From assembly GCA_044235645.1 (NCBI GenBank), contig JBIIHQ010000003.1, positions 64,320 to 128,319 of the forward strand: a stretch of DNA of 64,000 nt, read 5' to 3'. Source of the stretch: Bdellovibrionota bacterium. Its GTDB lineage: Bacteria > Bdellovibrionota_C > UBA2361 > OMIW01. A program made the position numbers and the translations under genes. Below are positions 38,969-48,417 of the stretch, one piece after another. Below the pieces are notes generated by a model, which saw only the letters and a program-made list of their open reading frames with translations, had not been told where the DNA came from and did not search any database. Position 1 is the stretch's first letter. Each line of letters opens with the position of its first letter.

Positions 38969-40000
38969 CTACAGAACTACCATTCCATCACCGTAGCTCA
39001 AAAATCGGAACCCGTCAGCCAGAGCTGACGCATAGACAGCTCCGAGTAATTGGCGTCCCAGTAGCGACTCAACCAAGAGCAGGTGAGACGTTCCCGGTTG
39101 ATGAAAATTGGTAACAAGATTGGTCGCCATTCGCCATTCGAACCCTGGGGTGATAAAGAGGGTGGTTTCGCCTCGCAACCTCTCAGGTTCACGGGCAACA
39201 CTCTCGAGCGCTCGAGCAACAGTCGTTCCCACGGCGACGACTCTCCCACCCGCCCGTTTCGTCTCCTTGATCGCATCTCGGGTTGGTATCGGCATCTCAA
39301 ACCATTCGCACCCCGGGAGCTGAGGCTCGTTCGCACCGGGGCGATATACGGGGAGAAAGCTCGCCGTCCCAACGTGAAGGGTAAGAAAGGCCCACCGAAT
39401 GCCCCGCCTCTCGCACCGAGCGAAAAGCCGATCCGTGAAATGAAGACTTGCCGTGGGAGCCGCAACCGAGCCTACCCCCGCCGCAAAATCGTCTCTCGCG
39501 AAGATCGTCTGATAGTCGGCACGATCTTGAAGGTCACCCTTGCCACCACGAATATAGGGAGGAATCGGCATCGATCCAAAATGCGCAAGCGCGTTCGTAA
39601 CGGAGCTTCCATCAATCGTGTAGAATGAGCAGCGAATGTCGTCGTCCTTTGTCACCTCTATCCGCCCTCGGAGAAGCTCGCCACATTCAATTTCCCCACC
39701 CCGGCGAAGCTGTTTCATCGGCCGCCCCAACACGCGCCACATTCCCTCAGTTTCCTCACGAACCAACAACACCTCGACCGGACGGCCCGAAAGTGTTCCG
39801 AATAATCGTGCGGGGATCACCCGCGTATCATTTAGTACAAGCAGGTCCCCCGGATCCAAAAATTCCGGAAGGTACGCAAACTGAGATATCGAAATCTCAC
39901 CAGAGGCCCGATTGACAACGAGCATCTTCGCATCATCTGCTGGAGAGCAGGGACGCTGCGCAATGCGGTCAGAGGGAAGATGGTACGAAAACGGCTCCAT
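38969..40000 (-). CDS. queA: S-adenosylmethionine:tRNA ribosyltransferase-isomerase.
   Basis: Full-length QueA similarity (YHLPSDRIAQRP...PIPPYIRG...TTVARALE...NFHQP.S.LLLVES). Confidence 0.85.
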   Translation of the reverse strand: MEPFSYHLPSDRIAQRPCSPADDAKMLVVNRASGEISISQFAYLPEFLDPGDLLVLNDTRVIPARLFGTLSGRPVEVLLVREETEGMWRVLGRPMKQLRRGGEIECGELLRGRIEVTKDDDIRCSFYTIDGSSVTNALAHFGSMPIPPYIRGGKGDLQDRADYQTIFARDDFAAGVGSVAAPTASLHFTDRLFARCERRGIRWAFLTLHVGTASFLPVYRPGANEPQLPGCEWFEMPIPTRDAIKETKRAGGRVVAVGTTVARALESVAREPERLRGETTLFITPGFEWRMATNLVTNFHQPGTSHLLLVESLLGRQLLGAVYASALADGFRFLSYGDGMVVL

Positions 40001-40167
40001 GAGTGGCCCTTAAAAGATAAAATAAGCCAACAATCGTAACGAAGGAGCATACTGATTTTCTCCTCACCTCACAAAGTCCGTGAGTTAATCTTACTCCGAT
40101 GGTTCGCTATTTTTCCCTGTTTTGCTATAATTTTGATGGACGTTCTATCTCTTTACGAAGGCCTGGC

Positions 40168-40848
40168 ATGCCGTCATTCTTCCCGAAACTAGTGGTTTTT
40201 GACCTCGATGGAACACTGATCGATTACGAGCACGATTATCTATTTCGGGAGGTTCTCCGTATCTTCGATCGTTTCAATCTTGAGCAACTCTCAGAACAGC
40301 TCCTCGCCACCCACCATGAACGTGATGACTTTTTCGGATGGATCGAGTGCCCTCAACAGCGGGTCACCCTTGAACGTATCTTTGCCGAAGAGTTCCGGGA
40401 GCATGACAAGCCTCCCGCCCGCCTGTTACCCGGGGTTCTCGAAACCCTCGATTTTTTGGCATCTCGGAACGTCCGCCTCGCTATCGCAACTGCTCGAGCG
40501 CAGCTCCCCGAATCTATTCGTGAGAAACTTAGTCATACCGGTCTTTTGAAATGGATTGACTGTATCGTTGCCCGACCCTCGCAGAAGTTGCAATGGCGAG
40601 ATAAAACCCTCCAGATTCAGGTGGCGTGCAATCACGCATCTGTGGCTCCCGTAGACTCCTACATGGTCGGGGACAATCCCTCCGACACGACATCCGCGCA
40701 CGCAGCTGGGATCGGCGGCATCATCGCAGTACGAACAGGAAAGGTCGTCGAGGAGTTGCTCAAGAAAGCAGAGCCTCACGTGATTATCGATTCAGTTGCC
40801 GAGATACCTTCCCTGGTTCGAAGATACGTCGGAGGCAGTGCCCTATGA
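40168..40848 (+). CDS. HAD-superfamily hydrolase (phosphatase-like).
   Basis: HAD motif I LVVFDLDGTLID, motif II-like IATARAQ, and motif IV GDNPSDTTSAHAAG. Start placed at MPSFFPK; the upstream ORF part has no HAD similarity. Confidence 0.65.
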   Translation: MPSFFPKLVVFDLDGTLIDYEHDYLFREVLRIFDRFNLEQLSEQLLATHHERDDFFGWIECPQQRVTLERIFAEEFREHDKPPARLLPGVLETLDFLASRNVRLAIATARAQLPESIREKLSHTGLLKWIDCIVARPSQKLQWRDKTLQIQVACNHASVAPVDSYMVGDNPSDTTSAHAAGIGGIIAVRTGKVVEELLKKAEPHVIIDSVAEIPSLVRRYVGGSAL

Positions 40849-40976
40849 GGCTCGTCGAGGTAGATCCGTGAGCCACCTCCTTATGTCCCCTGACTATCTT
40901 CTCAATGACTATCTCTTTGACCGCCTCTTTTCAGGTAGACTCACGCCACAGCTCAACGCGTGAGGCCTTCAACGCA

Positions 40977-41357
40977 TCAGGCCTCGGCAGGACGTGAGCC
41001 TAACTGTCGAAGATAGGAAAAAGTATAAATCCCACTCGTGTGCCCATCCCCCCAGGCCATTCCAAGGGCATAGTTTCCGACGCCCCAAATCTGATCAAGC
41101 CGAAGCTCCTCGGAGCTTTCATGTTCCACTACCCGCAGGAGGGACGGCTTTCCCTTGCCGCTCCTCATCATCGGAAGGGGTCGCGCATGACTCTCCCCAT
41201 CGCCTCGGCGCTCACGACATTCCGCGCACGGACATCCCGAGCGCAGCACTATCGGAGAGATGGTGTGGACGGCGCCGTCCAACCACCGCACCTCTATGCC
41301 CTCTCCGGGGATGCGGCGGATGTGGGAAGGTTGAGGATGATGTTGTTGTTCCTCCAT
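40977..41357 (-). CDS. DUF971-family protein (gamma-butyrobetaine-hydroxylase-like N-terminal domain).
   Basis: EVRWLDGAVHTISPIVLRSGCPCAECRE contains the C.C..C motif characteristic of DUF971. Confidence 0.5.
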   Translation of the reverse strand: MEEQQHHPQPSHIRRIPGEGIEVRWLDGAVHTISPIVLRSGCPCAECRERRGDGESHARPLPMMRSGKGKPSLLRVVEHESSEELRLDQIWGVGNYALGMAWGDGHTSGIYTFSYLRQLGSRPAEA

Positions 41358-41426
41358 GGGCCATCTCTCAAAGGACCGTTAATAACCCTCCCCGAACAGA
41401 GGAAGATTTGGCAGATCATCTTCTCC

Positions 41427-41684
41427 TTATGAACCGCTTTGAGCACTCGGTCGAGCCCGACCCGCCTCGCTCGTCCGCTTCACAATTCGTCCTTTTCCGA
41501 GGTCGTAGGGGCTAATCTGCACGATAACAACATCGCCGGGCAACACCCTGATGTAGTTCTTACGCATCTTCCCCGAAAGGTGTCCAAGCAGTTCATGCCC
41601 ATTCTCGCACACAATACGAAAGGTCGTGTTCGGATAACATTCCTTCACCGTTCCCGTCATCTCAATAAAGTCGTCGTTACTCAT
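41427..41684 (-). CDS. infA: Translation initiation factor IF-1.
   Basis: [63 protein letters not shown] is near-identical in pattern to IF-1. Confidence 0.9.
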   Translation of the reverse strand: MSNDDFIEMTGTVKECYPNTTFRIVCENGHELLGHLSGKMRKNYIRVLPGDVVIVQISPYDLGKGRIVKRTSEAGRARPSAQSGS

Positions 41685-41784
41685 CGCTATCTATCTACAG
41701 TCTCATGTTAATCGTTATTCCCACTCACCATTTTCTCTTCCGCGGCATTACATGCAACTTTTAGGAATCGGTGCCCTCTTAAGC

Positions 41785-42789
41785 TCAGTGCTCCAACACC
41801 GGGCCCATCGTTCGATACTTCCTGTATCGCGCATCTAAAAGCTCTTGGACTGTTAGTCCACTGAGCTCCTGAACTGTTCTCACCAGCGCCTCTCGCACGT
41901 TCTCCGCGGTCTCTTTGTGATTCGCATGCGCTCCACCGAGTGGCTCCGGGATTACGGCATCGACGATGCCAAACTTCTGGAGATCCTTTGAGGTCAGTTT
42001 GAGGTTCTCTGCGGCGGTCGCCGCGTGCAGTTTTGCGGCATCTTCTCCTGCCTGCTTCCACAGGATAGACGCACACCCTTCAGGCGATATTACTGAATAA
42101 CACGCGTACTCGAGCATCAATATCCGATCAGTCAAACCAAGAGCAAGCGCTCCTCCACTGCCACCTTCGCCAATAACAATCGAGATGGTCGGAACTGAGA
42201 GCTCTGATAATTCGAGGAGGTTATGCGCAATGGCTTCCGCCTGCCCTCGCTCCTCCGCTTCGATTCCAGGGTACGCCCCCGGGGTGTCAATGAACGTTAT
42301 CAATGGCAACCCGAACTTCTCCGCTAATCGAAAAAGTCTCAGCGCCTTGCGGTAGCCATCCGGCTGAGGCATTCCGAAGTTCCGTTTGATTCGATCGGTT
42401 GTCGTTTTACCCCGCTGATGACCAACCACTACCACCGGCAGCTCCCCCAGCTTTGCAAGCCCACCCACGATAGCGGGATCATCACGATATAACCGGTCGC
42501 CATGCAGTTCGACAAAATCGGTCATCATGTACCGCACATAGTCGAGGGTGAAGGGGCGATCGAAATGGCGTGCGAGCTGCACTCGTTGGTGGGGAGTTAG
42601 ATTCGAGAAAATATCTTTTCGCTTCTGCTCCAGCTCCCGCTCTCGCTTTGAATGCTCTTTTTGGAGAGCGACATTCCCTCGCAGAATCTCATCCTTGAGC
42701 CGCTCAATCTCGAACTCAAGCTCAATAAGCGGTCGCTCAAAATCCAAATGATGTGTAATCGTCGTCATGTTCGGCCTCTCTTCAGCCAT
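41785..42789 (-). CDS. accA: Acetyl-CoA carboxylase carboxyltransferase alpha subunit.
   Basis: Full-length AccA similarity (LDFERPLIELE...RHFDRPFTLDY...GGSGGALALGL...). Confidence 0.9.
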   Translation of the reverse strand: MAEERPNMTTITHHLDFERPLIELEFEIERLKDEILRGNVALQKEHSKRERELEQKRKDIFSNLTPHQRVQLARHFDRPFTLDYVRYMMTDFVELHGDRLYRDDPAIVGGLAKLGELPVVVVGHQRGKTTTDRIKRNFGMPQPDGYRKALRLFRLAEKFGLPLITFIDTPGAYPGIEAEERGQAEAIAHNLLELSELSVPTISIVIGEGGSGGALALGLTDRILMLEYACYSVISPEGCASILWKQAGEDAAKLHAATAAENLKLTSKDLQKFGIVDAVIPEPLGGAHANHKETAENVREALVRTVQELSGLTVQELLDARYRKYRTMGPVLEH

Positions 42790-42889
42790 GCACTACCCCC
42801 GTCCTGAATCGTCGTTCAAGACGCTGCTTCCCCATTTACTGCCTCACTCAGCATCCAATCTCGTGAGGATACGCAGAATACCGCGACCG

Positions 42890-43879
42890 TTATGCCGAAG
42901 CACTAAGAGCGGCAATCCCAGCCGCCCCCATTCCCGCGAATCGGAGCACCGAAACCGGACTCTCCCGGCAGAGGTCCTCTATCGTGCCTCGTTCCGTGAA
43001 CCAAGTCCAATCCACCGACGCACAAAGTTCTCGCCATCCTCGTTTCCGAGGCTCATTTCGCCAGTAAGTCATTTGCCGTTTAGCAAACCGACGGGTATCC
43101 CGGCGCATAAGCTCACGAAATTCCTCGACAAGCAGCTCCCCCCGTCGCCGCCTGAGGGCATGAGCATACCCGATTGCCCCCCATAGAACACTCTCCTGCG
43201 GAGCCACCTTGAGGAGCTCGGAAACTTCATCCTCGATTCCATCCTCGATCATCTGGTCGACTCGGGTATTAATAGCCTGATACAGCACCTCACGCGGCGG
43301 TGTGAGGACGAGCATCAGCCCCGCGACCCACGGCTGAATCCGCTCCCGATACAGCTCGGTTGCTGCCGTGCTTCCTGTGTGAGCCGTCTCGATTGCCCGA
43401 ATTATCCGAAGCCGGTCATGGGGATGAAGTTGTGCGGCTCGCGTCGGGTCACGCTCGACCAATTCGGAGTACAGATCCTCGGTCTCACGCAGCCCCAGTT
43501 CAGCACGAAGCGTCTCATTGCGCTCCGGAAGGGGCGATATCCCAGCGAACAGGGTCGATACATACATTCCTCCCCCACCAACCAGGATTGGCAGCCGCCC
43601 TCGCCCGCAGATCGCCGCCGCTGTTGCGCCCACCAGATCGGCCATTTTCCGAACATCCCATGGGGTCGAGGGATCAAGAAAGCCGATCAGGTGATGCGGA
43701 ACACCCTGCATCTCATCCTCAGATATCGTCGCAGCTCCAATCCGTGCACCGCGATACACCTGCACTGAATCAAGATTTATCACTTCGCCATCAAGACGTT
43801 GCGCGAGCACAACCGCAAGCGCACTCTTCCCACTCGCGGTTGGTCCACTGACAAGAAGAACACGGGGAATATCGGACAT
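42890..43879 (-). CDS. miaA: tRNA dimethylallyltransferase.
   Basis: P-loop SGPTASGKSALAV, then NLDSVQVYRG..IGAATISEDE..VPHHLIGF. Start moved to MSDIPRV, which removes the overlap with mutL. Confidence 0.85.
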   Translation of the reverse strand: MSDIPRVLLVSGPTASGKSALAVVLAQRLDGEVINLDSVQVYRGARIGAATISEDEMQGVPHHLIGFLDPSTPWDVRKMADLVGATAAAICGRGRLPILVGGGGMYVSTLFAGISPLPERNETLRAELGLRETEDLYSELVERDPTRAAQLHPHDRLRIIRAIETAHTGSTAATELYRERIQPWVAGLMLVLTPPREVLYQAINTRVDQMIEDGIEDEVSELLKVAPQESVLWGAIGYAHALRRRRGELLVEEFRELMRRDTRRFAKRQMTYWRNEPRKRGWRELCASVDWTWFTERGTIEDLCRESPVSVLRFAGMGAAGIAALSASA

Positions 43880-43884
43880 CACCA

Positions 43885-45831
43885 CTACCGATCCCTGCCG
43901 AACCATCCTTCGACCTGCGCCTTGTCGAAGCGCGCAACAACCGGCCGCCCGTGAGGACACGCTCCCGCAAGCTCCGCATCATCAAGCGAGACAAGGAGCG
44001 CACGAGCCTGCTCGTAGGTTAGCTCATCCCCCCCGCGTAAGCTCGCGTGACAAGCCATCCGTGCCGCTAATCGGTCAAGGCGCTCTGCGATAATCTGAGC
44101 AACTGGCCCTTCTCCGATGCCACGCTCCTCGCCCCCTGCATCCTCCCTATCACCATATTCAATATCACCATACTCGATGATGTCGAGCAGCACCCCTCGC
44201 ACCTTGCCGATCTGAATCATCGGTGGAATCGCGCGAACGATAACCTCTTGAGGACCGAACTCCTCTACCTCGAATCCGAGCCGACTAAGCACCCCGCTGT
44301 GCCCTCGCAATCGCCGCACCCCGACAACTCCTACCGATATCGGCTCGGGGCAAAGCAGCTGCTGGCTCGCCATCGGCCTCCCCCGCAACGCAACCCGAAT
44401 TCGATTGTAATTGATCCGCTCGTGTGCGGCGTGCATGTCGACTATGTAGAAACTTCCTCCGTGCTCACAGAGCAGATAACATCGCATCAGCTGGCCGATG
44501 TAGCGAAGATCAGAAAATCGGCGAATTTCTTGAGCTTTCGGCGGGAGAATCGGGGCGGGAGTCGCACTATCAAAGCCAGTAAACGCACGAGCAGTTCCAC
44601 CCTCCTCAAACGGCTGTCGTTCCGCTCCCGAACTAAACGAGGCCGAAGCCATCCCCCACCGAGGCATCAGTCGCGCCGTGATCTCGGACGACAGCGTCAC
44701 CTGCTCTCCCGCTGGCACACCACCGTGATCGTATACGGGTAAAGGCGTATGGACCGCCACCTCGCTCGCTAAGCTGTTTGCCACTATCTGAGGGCCGCCG
44801 ATAAATCTCTCGCGAAAGAGGGGCGCCTGTTCCAACGGACCCGCTACCTGCGTCATCCCGAATCGACCGATAGCCCGTCCAACCCCTTCCCGCACCGCGC
44901 GCCACACATCGCTCGGCGCGATGAATCGTACCTCCGCTTTTTGCGGGTGCACATTGACATCGACAAGGCTCGGATCCATCTCAATCGCGAGTGCTGCCAC
45001 CGGAATCTCGCGATCTTTGAGGGTATGCTGAAAGCCCTCCCGAATCGCCCGCAATACCCCCCGATCAGAGATCGGTCGACCGTTGACCAACATTACGCAG
45101 GCATCCCCACTTGAGGAAGCAGTACCGGGGTGCCCGACTAATCCGCGAACCACGAACCGTTGATCGCAAAAGTCGACCTCCCTTAGATCGCCCCGCAACA
45201 AATGCCGAGCTCGCTCAATAAATGACGTATGGGGATCGATAGCGATTACTTCCTTCCCATCACAGACACACCGAAGCCGTACTTCGGGAACCCCGAGCGC
45301 AAACCTCATCAGCCAACCAACTACCCGCTGATCCTCTACGGCGGGAGATCGCAAAAAGCGACGCCGCACCGGCGTATTAAAAAACAGTCCCCGCACTGAG
45401 ATTGTCGTGCCCACCGGCACTGAAATCTCCTTGACCGAGCGGATCATACCTCCATCGCCGCTGATAGCGGTACCCAGCAGCTCTGCAGACGTTCTCGTCG
45501 TTAATTCAAGCCGACTCACGGCAGCGATAGAGGGAAGCGCTTCTCCTCGAAAGCCTCTCGTGACGAGAGTGGAGAGATCCTCCGCATCTGAAATCTTAGA
45601 TGTCGCATGCCGCTCAAGAGCCAGTAGCGCATCATCGCGCTCCATCCCACACCCGTCATCAACAACCCGAATAAGCGAGCGGCCCCCTTGCTCAAGCCAT
45701 ACCTCAATGGAGCGAGCTCCCGCATCAAGCGAATTGTCACACAACTCACGCACCACCGAGGCTGGACGCTCGACAACCTCACCAGCGGCGATCTTGTTGA
45801 TGACTGCATCGCTGAGAACGCGAACCTTCAC
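43885..45831 (-). CDS. mutL: DNA mismatch repair protein MutL.
   Basis: GHKL ATPase motifs (AAGEVVERPASVVRELCDNSLDAGA ; DDGCGM ; TRGFRGEALPSIAAVS) and a C-terminal dimerisation domain. Confidence 0.9.
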   Translation of the reverse strand: MKVRVLSDAVINKIAAGEVVERPASVVRELCDNSLDAGARSIEVWLEQGGRSLIRVVDDGCGMERDDALLALERHATSKISDAEDLSTLVTRGFRGEALPSIAAVSRLELTTRTSAELLGTAISGDGGMIRSVKEISVPVGTTISVRGLFFNTPVRRRFLRSPAVEDQRVVGWLMRFALGVPEVRLRCVCDGKEVIAIDPHTSFIERARHLLRGDLREVDFCDQRFVVRGLVGHPGTASSSGDACVMLVNGRPISDRGVLRAIREGFQHTLKDREIPVAALAIEMDPSLVDVNVHPQKAEVRFIAPSDVWRAVREGVGRAIGRFGMTQVAGPLEQAPLFRERFIGGPQIVANSLASEVAVHTPLPVYDHGGVPAGEQVTLSSEITARLMPRWGMASASFSSGAERQPFEEGGTARAFTGFDSATPAPILPPKAQEIRRFSDLRYIGQLMRCYLLCEHGGSFYIVDMHAAHERINYNRIRVALRGRPMASQQLLCPEPISVGVVGVRRLRGHSGVLSRLGFEVEEFGPQEVIVRAIPPMIQIGKVRGVLLDIIEYGDIEYGDREDAGGEERGIGEGPVAQIIAERLDRLAARMACHASLRGGDELTYEQARALLVSLDDAELAGACPHGRPVVARFDKAQVEGWFGRDR

Positions 45832-46259
45832 GACTGCTCCGCCGCTCCCTGAGTATCTCTCACGCCACCATCAGCATGGCCATCTTCGCAAACTCCTCCG
45901 AGAAACCTTGGCATAACTGACTCAAGCTTTGAACGGGGGATGACCGTATCACAACCCGAGTCCCGCCCCTCATCTCCGACATCCCCCGTCACGTGAGAGA
46001 AGAAGCCGAGCGATTGTCCCGCTGCTCCCGATCGAAGAAACACGGCGAGACTTCCAAGATTTTCGCGGTGGGCATTCAGATCCACGACGATACCGACTAT
46101 TTGACGCACCGAGCCGTCAACCGGGTGTTCTCCAGAGGAATTATCCAGTTTCTCAACCGAGCGCGAATACCACGGCGACAGCCCACAGGCCGTCACCATT
46201 GCCGAGAGCTTTGTCCGCATCATAAGGTCAGGCACCATCAACGCAATCGTCCTCGCCAT
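45828..46259 (-). CDS. Hypothetical protein (143 aa) overlapping the mutL start by 4 nt.
   Basis: ORF in operon-like ATGA overlap with mutL. No motif recognised. Confidence 0.35.
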   Translation of the reverse strand: MARTIALMVPDLMMRTKLSAMVTACGLSPWYSRSVEKLDNSSGEHPVDGSVRQIVGIVVDLNAHRENLGSLAVFLRSGAAGQSLGFFSHVTGDVGDEGRDSGCDTVIPRSKLESVMPRFLGGVCEDGHADGGVRDTQGAAEQS

Positions 46260-46328
46260 CCCCTCACTCCGTGTTCATCACCCACCCGATCATCTTTCCA
46301 AGGCTGTTGAGGCCCACATGTGTCAATG

Positions 46329-47582
46329 CTAGCCCTTCATCATCTCAAAGAACTGCGCGTTGCTCTTGGTGTCCTGGATCCGAGGGAGGATCCACTCCAT
46401 CGCCTCGACGGGCTGCATCTGGCTAATAAGCTTTCGGAGTGCCCACACCTTCTGCAGCTGATCATTAGCGACCAGAAGTTCTTCCTTGCGGGTTCCCGAC
46501 TTATTGATATCAACCGCGGGGAATACCCGCCGCTCAGATATCTTCCGGTCGAGGACCAACTCCATGTTGCCTGTCCCCTTGAATTCCTCGAATATCACTT
46601 CATCCATTCGTGAGCCGGTATCAATGAGCGCCGTGCCGATAATCGTGAGACTTCCTCCTTCCTCCACATTCCTCGCCGCCCCGAAAAACCGCTTCGGCTT
46701 GTGAAGAGCATTTGAATCCACCCCGCCCGAGAGGATCTTACCTGAGGTCGGAACAACCGTATTGTAAGCTCGCGCAAGTCGGGTAATCGAATCGAGTAGA
46801 ATCACCACGTCCTTCTTGTGCTCTACCAGCCGCTTTGCTTTTTCAATCACCATGTCCGCTACCTGGACATGTCGCTGCGCTGGCTCGTCAAACGTAGAGC
46901 TCACCACTTCACCTCTGACTGATCGCTGCATATCGGTGACCTCCTCAGGACGTTCATCGATGAGGAGCACCAACAATACCACCTCTTTGTGGTTTTCAGT
47001 GATTGCATTCGCTATCGACTGCAACAACATCGTCTTACCTGCCTTTGGAGGAGCAACGATCAACGCCCGCTGGCCCTTACCGATCGGCGAGAAGAGGTCG
47101 ATAATCCGAGATGACACCCCACCCTTCTTGCTCTCGAGCTTCAACCGCTCCGTCGGATAGATCGGGGTCAGATTGTCGAAATGGACTTTGGTTTTGAGCG
47201 CCTCAATCGTGTCTTGATTGACCGAATTAATTTTCAGGAGGGCGAAGTATCGCTCCCCTTCCTTTTCTCGAGGAGGCCGAACCTGCCCCTCAATAGTGTC
47301 CCCCGTCTTGAGGCCAAAACGACGAATCTGCGCTGGAGAAACGTATATATCATCCGATCCGGGCAGATAGTTAAAATCAGGTGAGCGCAGAAAACCGAAT
47401 CCATCGGGGAGACACTCGAGCACCCCATCCGCATAGATATTTCCGTTGAGCTCAGACTGCGCCGTCAGAATCGCGAAGATCAGATCCTGGCGCCGCATCG
47501 TGTTCGCGCCCTCAATATCGTATTCGGTTGCGATCTTCACCAACTCTTCAGACTTCTTTCGCTTCAACTCATTTAGGTTCAT
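46329..47582 (-). CDS. rho: Transcription termination factor Rho.
   Basis: N-terminus [14 protein letters not shown]...[15 protein letters not shown] is nearly identical in pattern to E. coli Rho. P-loop APPKAGKT and RecA-like core. Confidence 0.95.
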   Translation of the reverse strand: MNLNELKRKKSEELVKIATEYDIEGANTMRRQDLIFAILTAQSELNGNIYADGVLECLPDGFGFLRSPDFNYLPGSDDIYVSPAQIRRFGLKTGDTIEGQVRPPREKEGERYFALLKINSVNQDTIEALKTKVHFDNLTPIYPTERLKLESKKGGVSSRIIDLFSPIGKGQRALIVAPPKAGKTMLLQSIANAITENHKEVVLLVLLIDERPEEVTDMQRSVRGEVVSSTFDEPAQRHVQVADMVIEKAKRLVEHKKDVVILLDSITRLARAYNTVVPTSGKILSGGVDSNALHKPKRFFGAARNVEEGGSLTIIGTALIDTGSRMDEVIFEEFKGTGNMELVLDRKISERRVFPAVDINKSGTRKEELLVANDQLQKVWALRKLISQMQPVEAMEWILPRIQDTKSNAQFFEMMKG

Positions 47583-48356
47583 ACATACATTCCAAGTTAG
47601 CTCCTCTCAGGGGAAAATCCCCACAAGGCAGGGAGCTCAATAACGACATACACGACAACGTGATTGGAGTGATAAGGTCATCTACGGAGGGAATAGCCTT
47701 GTCCTGACGCGCATCGTCACATGCAGGAGCCCCTCGAGAGGCCACACCTTTTGAGGAGGCTTGATGAAAACAAGACCTCTTATTCTTTCATTTTCAACGA
47801 TTGCTCTCTCTTGTCCCCTGATGGGGTTCAAACCACGGAAACACCAGCTCTATTACTAGCTCGTCCCTATTGCCCTTCGATTCCTGCTTTCGATTGAACC
47901 CCTTATCGGCACCCGCCCCCAAGGACCGGGTAGCGTGCACGAATTACATGAGGCTGAAGGTCACTGGGGAGATGACACAATGGAGTACCCACCCAGCACG
48001 TATTGTTCACCTGATTGGATTAAAGGCCCAGGGGCCAGATGACAACTGCGTTCGGTATTGCTTTCAATATGATGATGGGAACGGGAACGACGAAGCGACC
48101 GCTTCACTCTCCCCCAAGGATAGGGATTAGGAGGAGGAAAGTCAAATAAAAAAACTGGGCGATGCGCCTCACATGAAATCTCCTCGAAACGGAGGGGGAC
48201 AAATGACGAGCAAGAGAAGCTGTCTATTGTTGGGCTGTTTCGCGCCCGCTACGCCCGTTGGAGCAAGAAGGAGAGGGGGCAGATACTGGATGAACCCGGT
48301 TCACTTGAGCGCGTTCGGCGCTGTTACCCACGGTAGTTGTGGTCTACCGCCACCAA
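47583..48356 (-). promoter_or_regulatory. Long (~770 nt) rho upstream/leader region, expected to carry the rho promoter and the autoregulatory attenuator.
   Basis: Inferred from its position upstream of rho, between rho and the upstream gene terminator. Contains lower-GC stretches (47760-47860) and an A-run/hairpin near 48145-48200. Function not resolved here. Confidence 0.35.
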
Positions 48357-48386
48357 ATAAAAAAGGCGAGAACTTAGTCTCGCCTT
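48357..48386 (-). terminator. Rho-independent terminator for the 48418..51762 gene: AAGGCGAGA-acttag-TCTCGCCTT hairpin followed (on the minus strand) by a U-run.
   Basis: Read from the sequence. 9-bp perfect stem at 48363-48386, 30 nt after the stop codon, then TTTTTTATT on the transcribed strand (48357-48364 on plus = AATAAAAAA). Confidence 0.65.
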
Positions 48387-48417
48387 CTGGTTCATGCGTC
48401 AAACCGAAAGAACCTTC

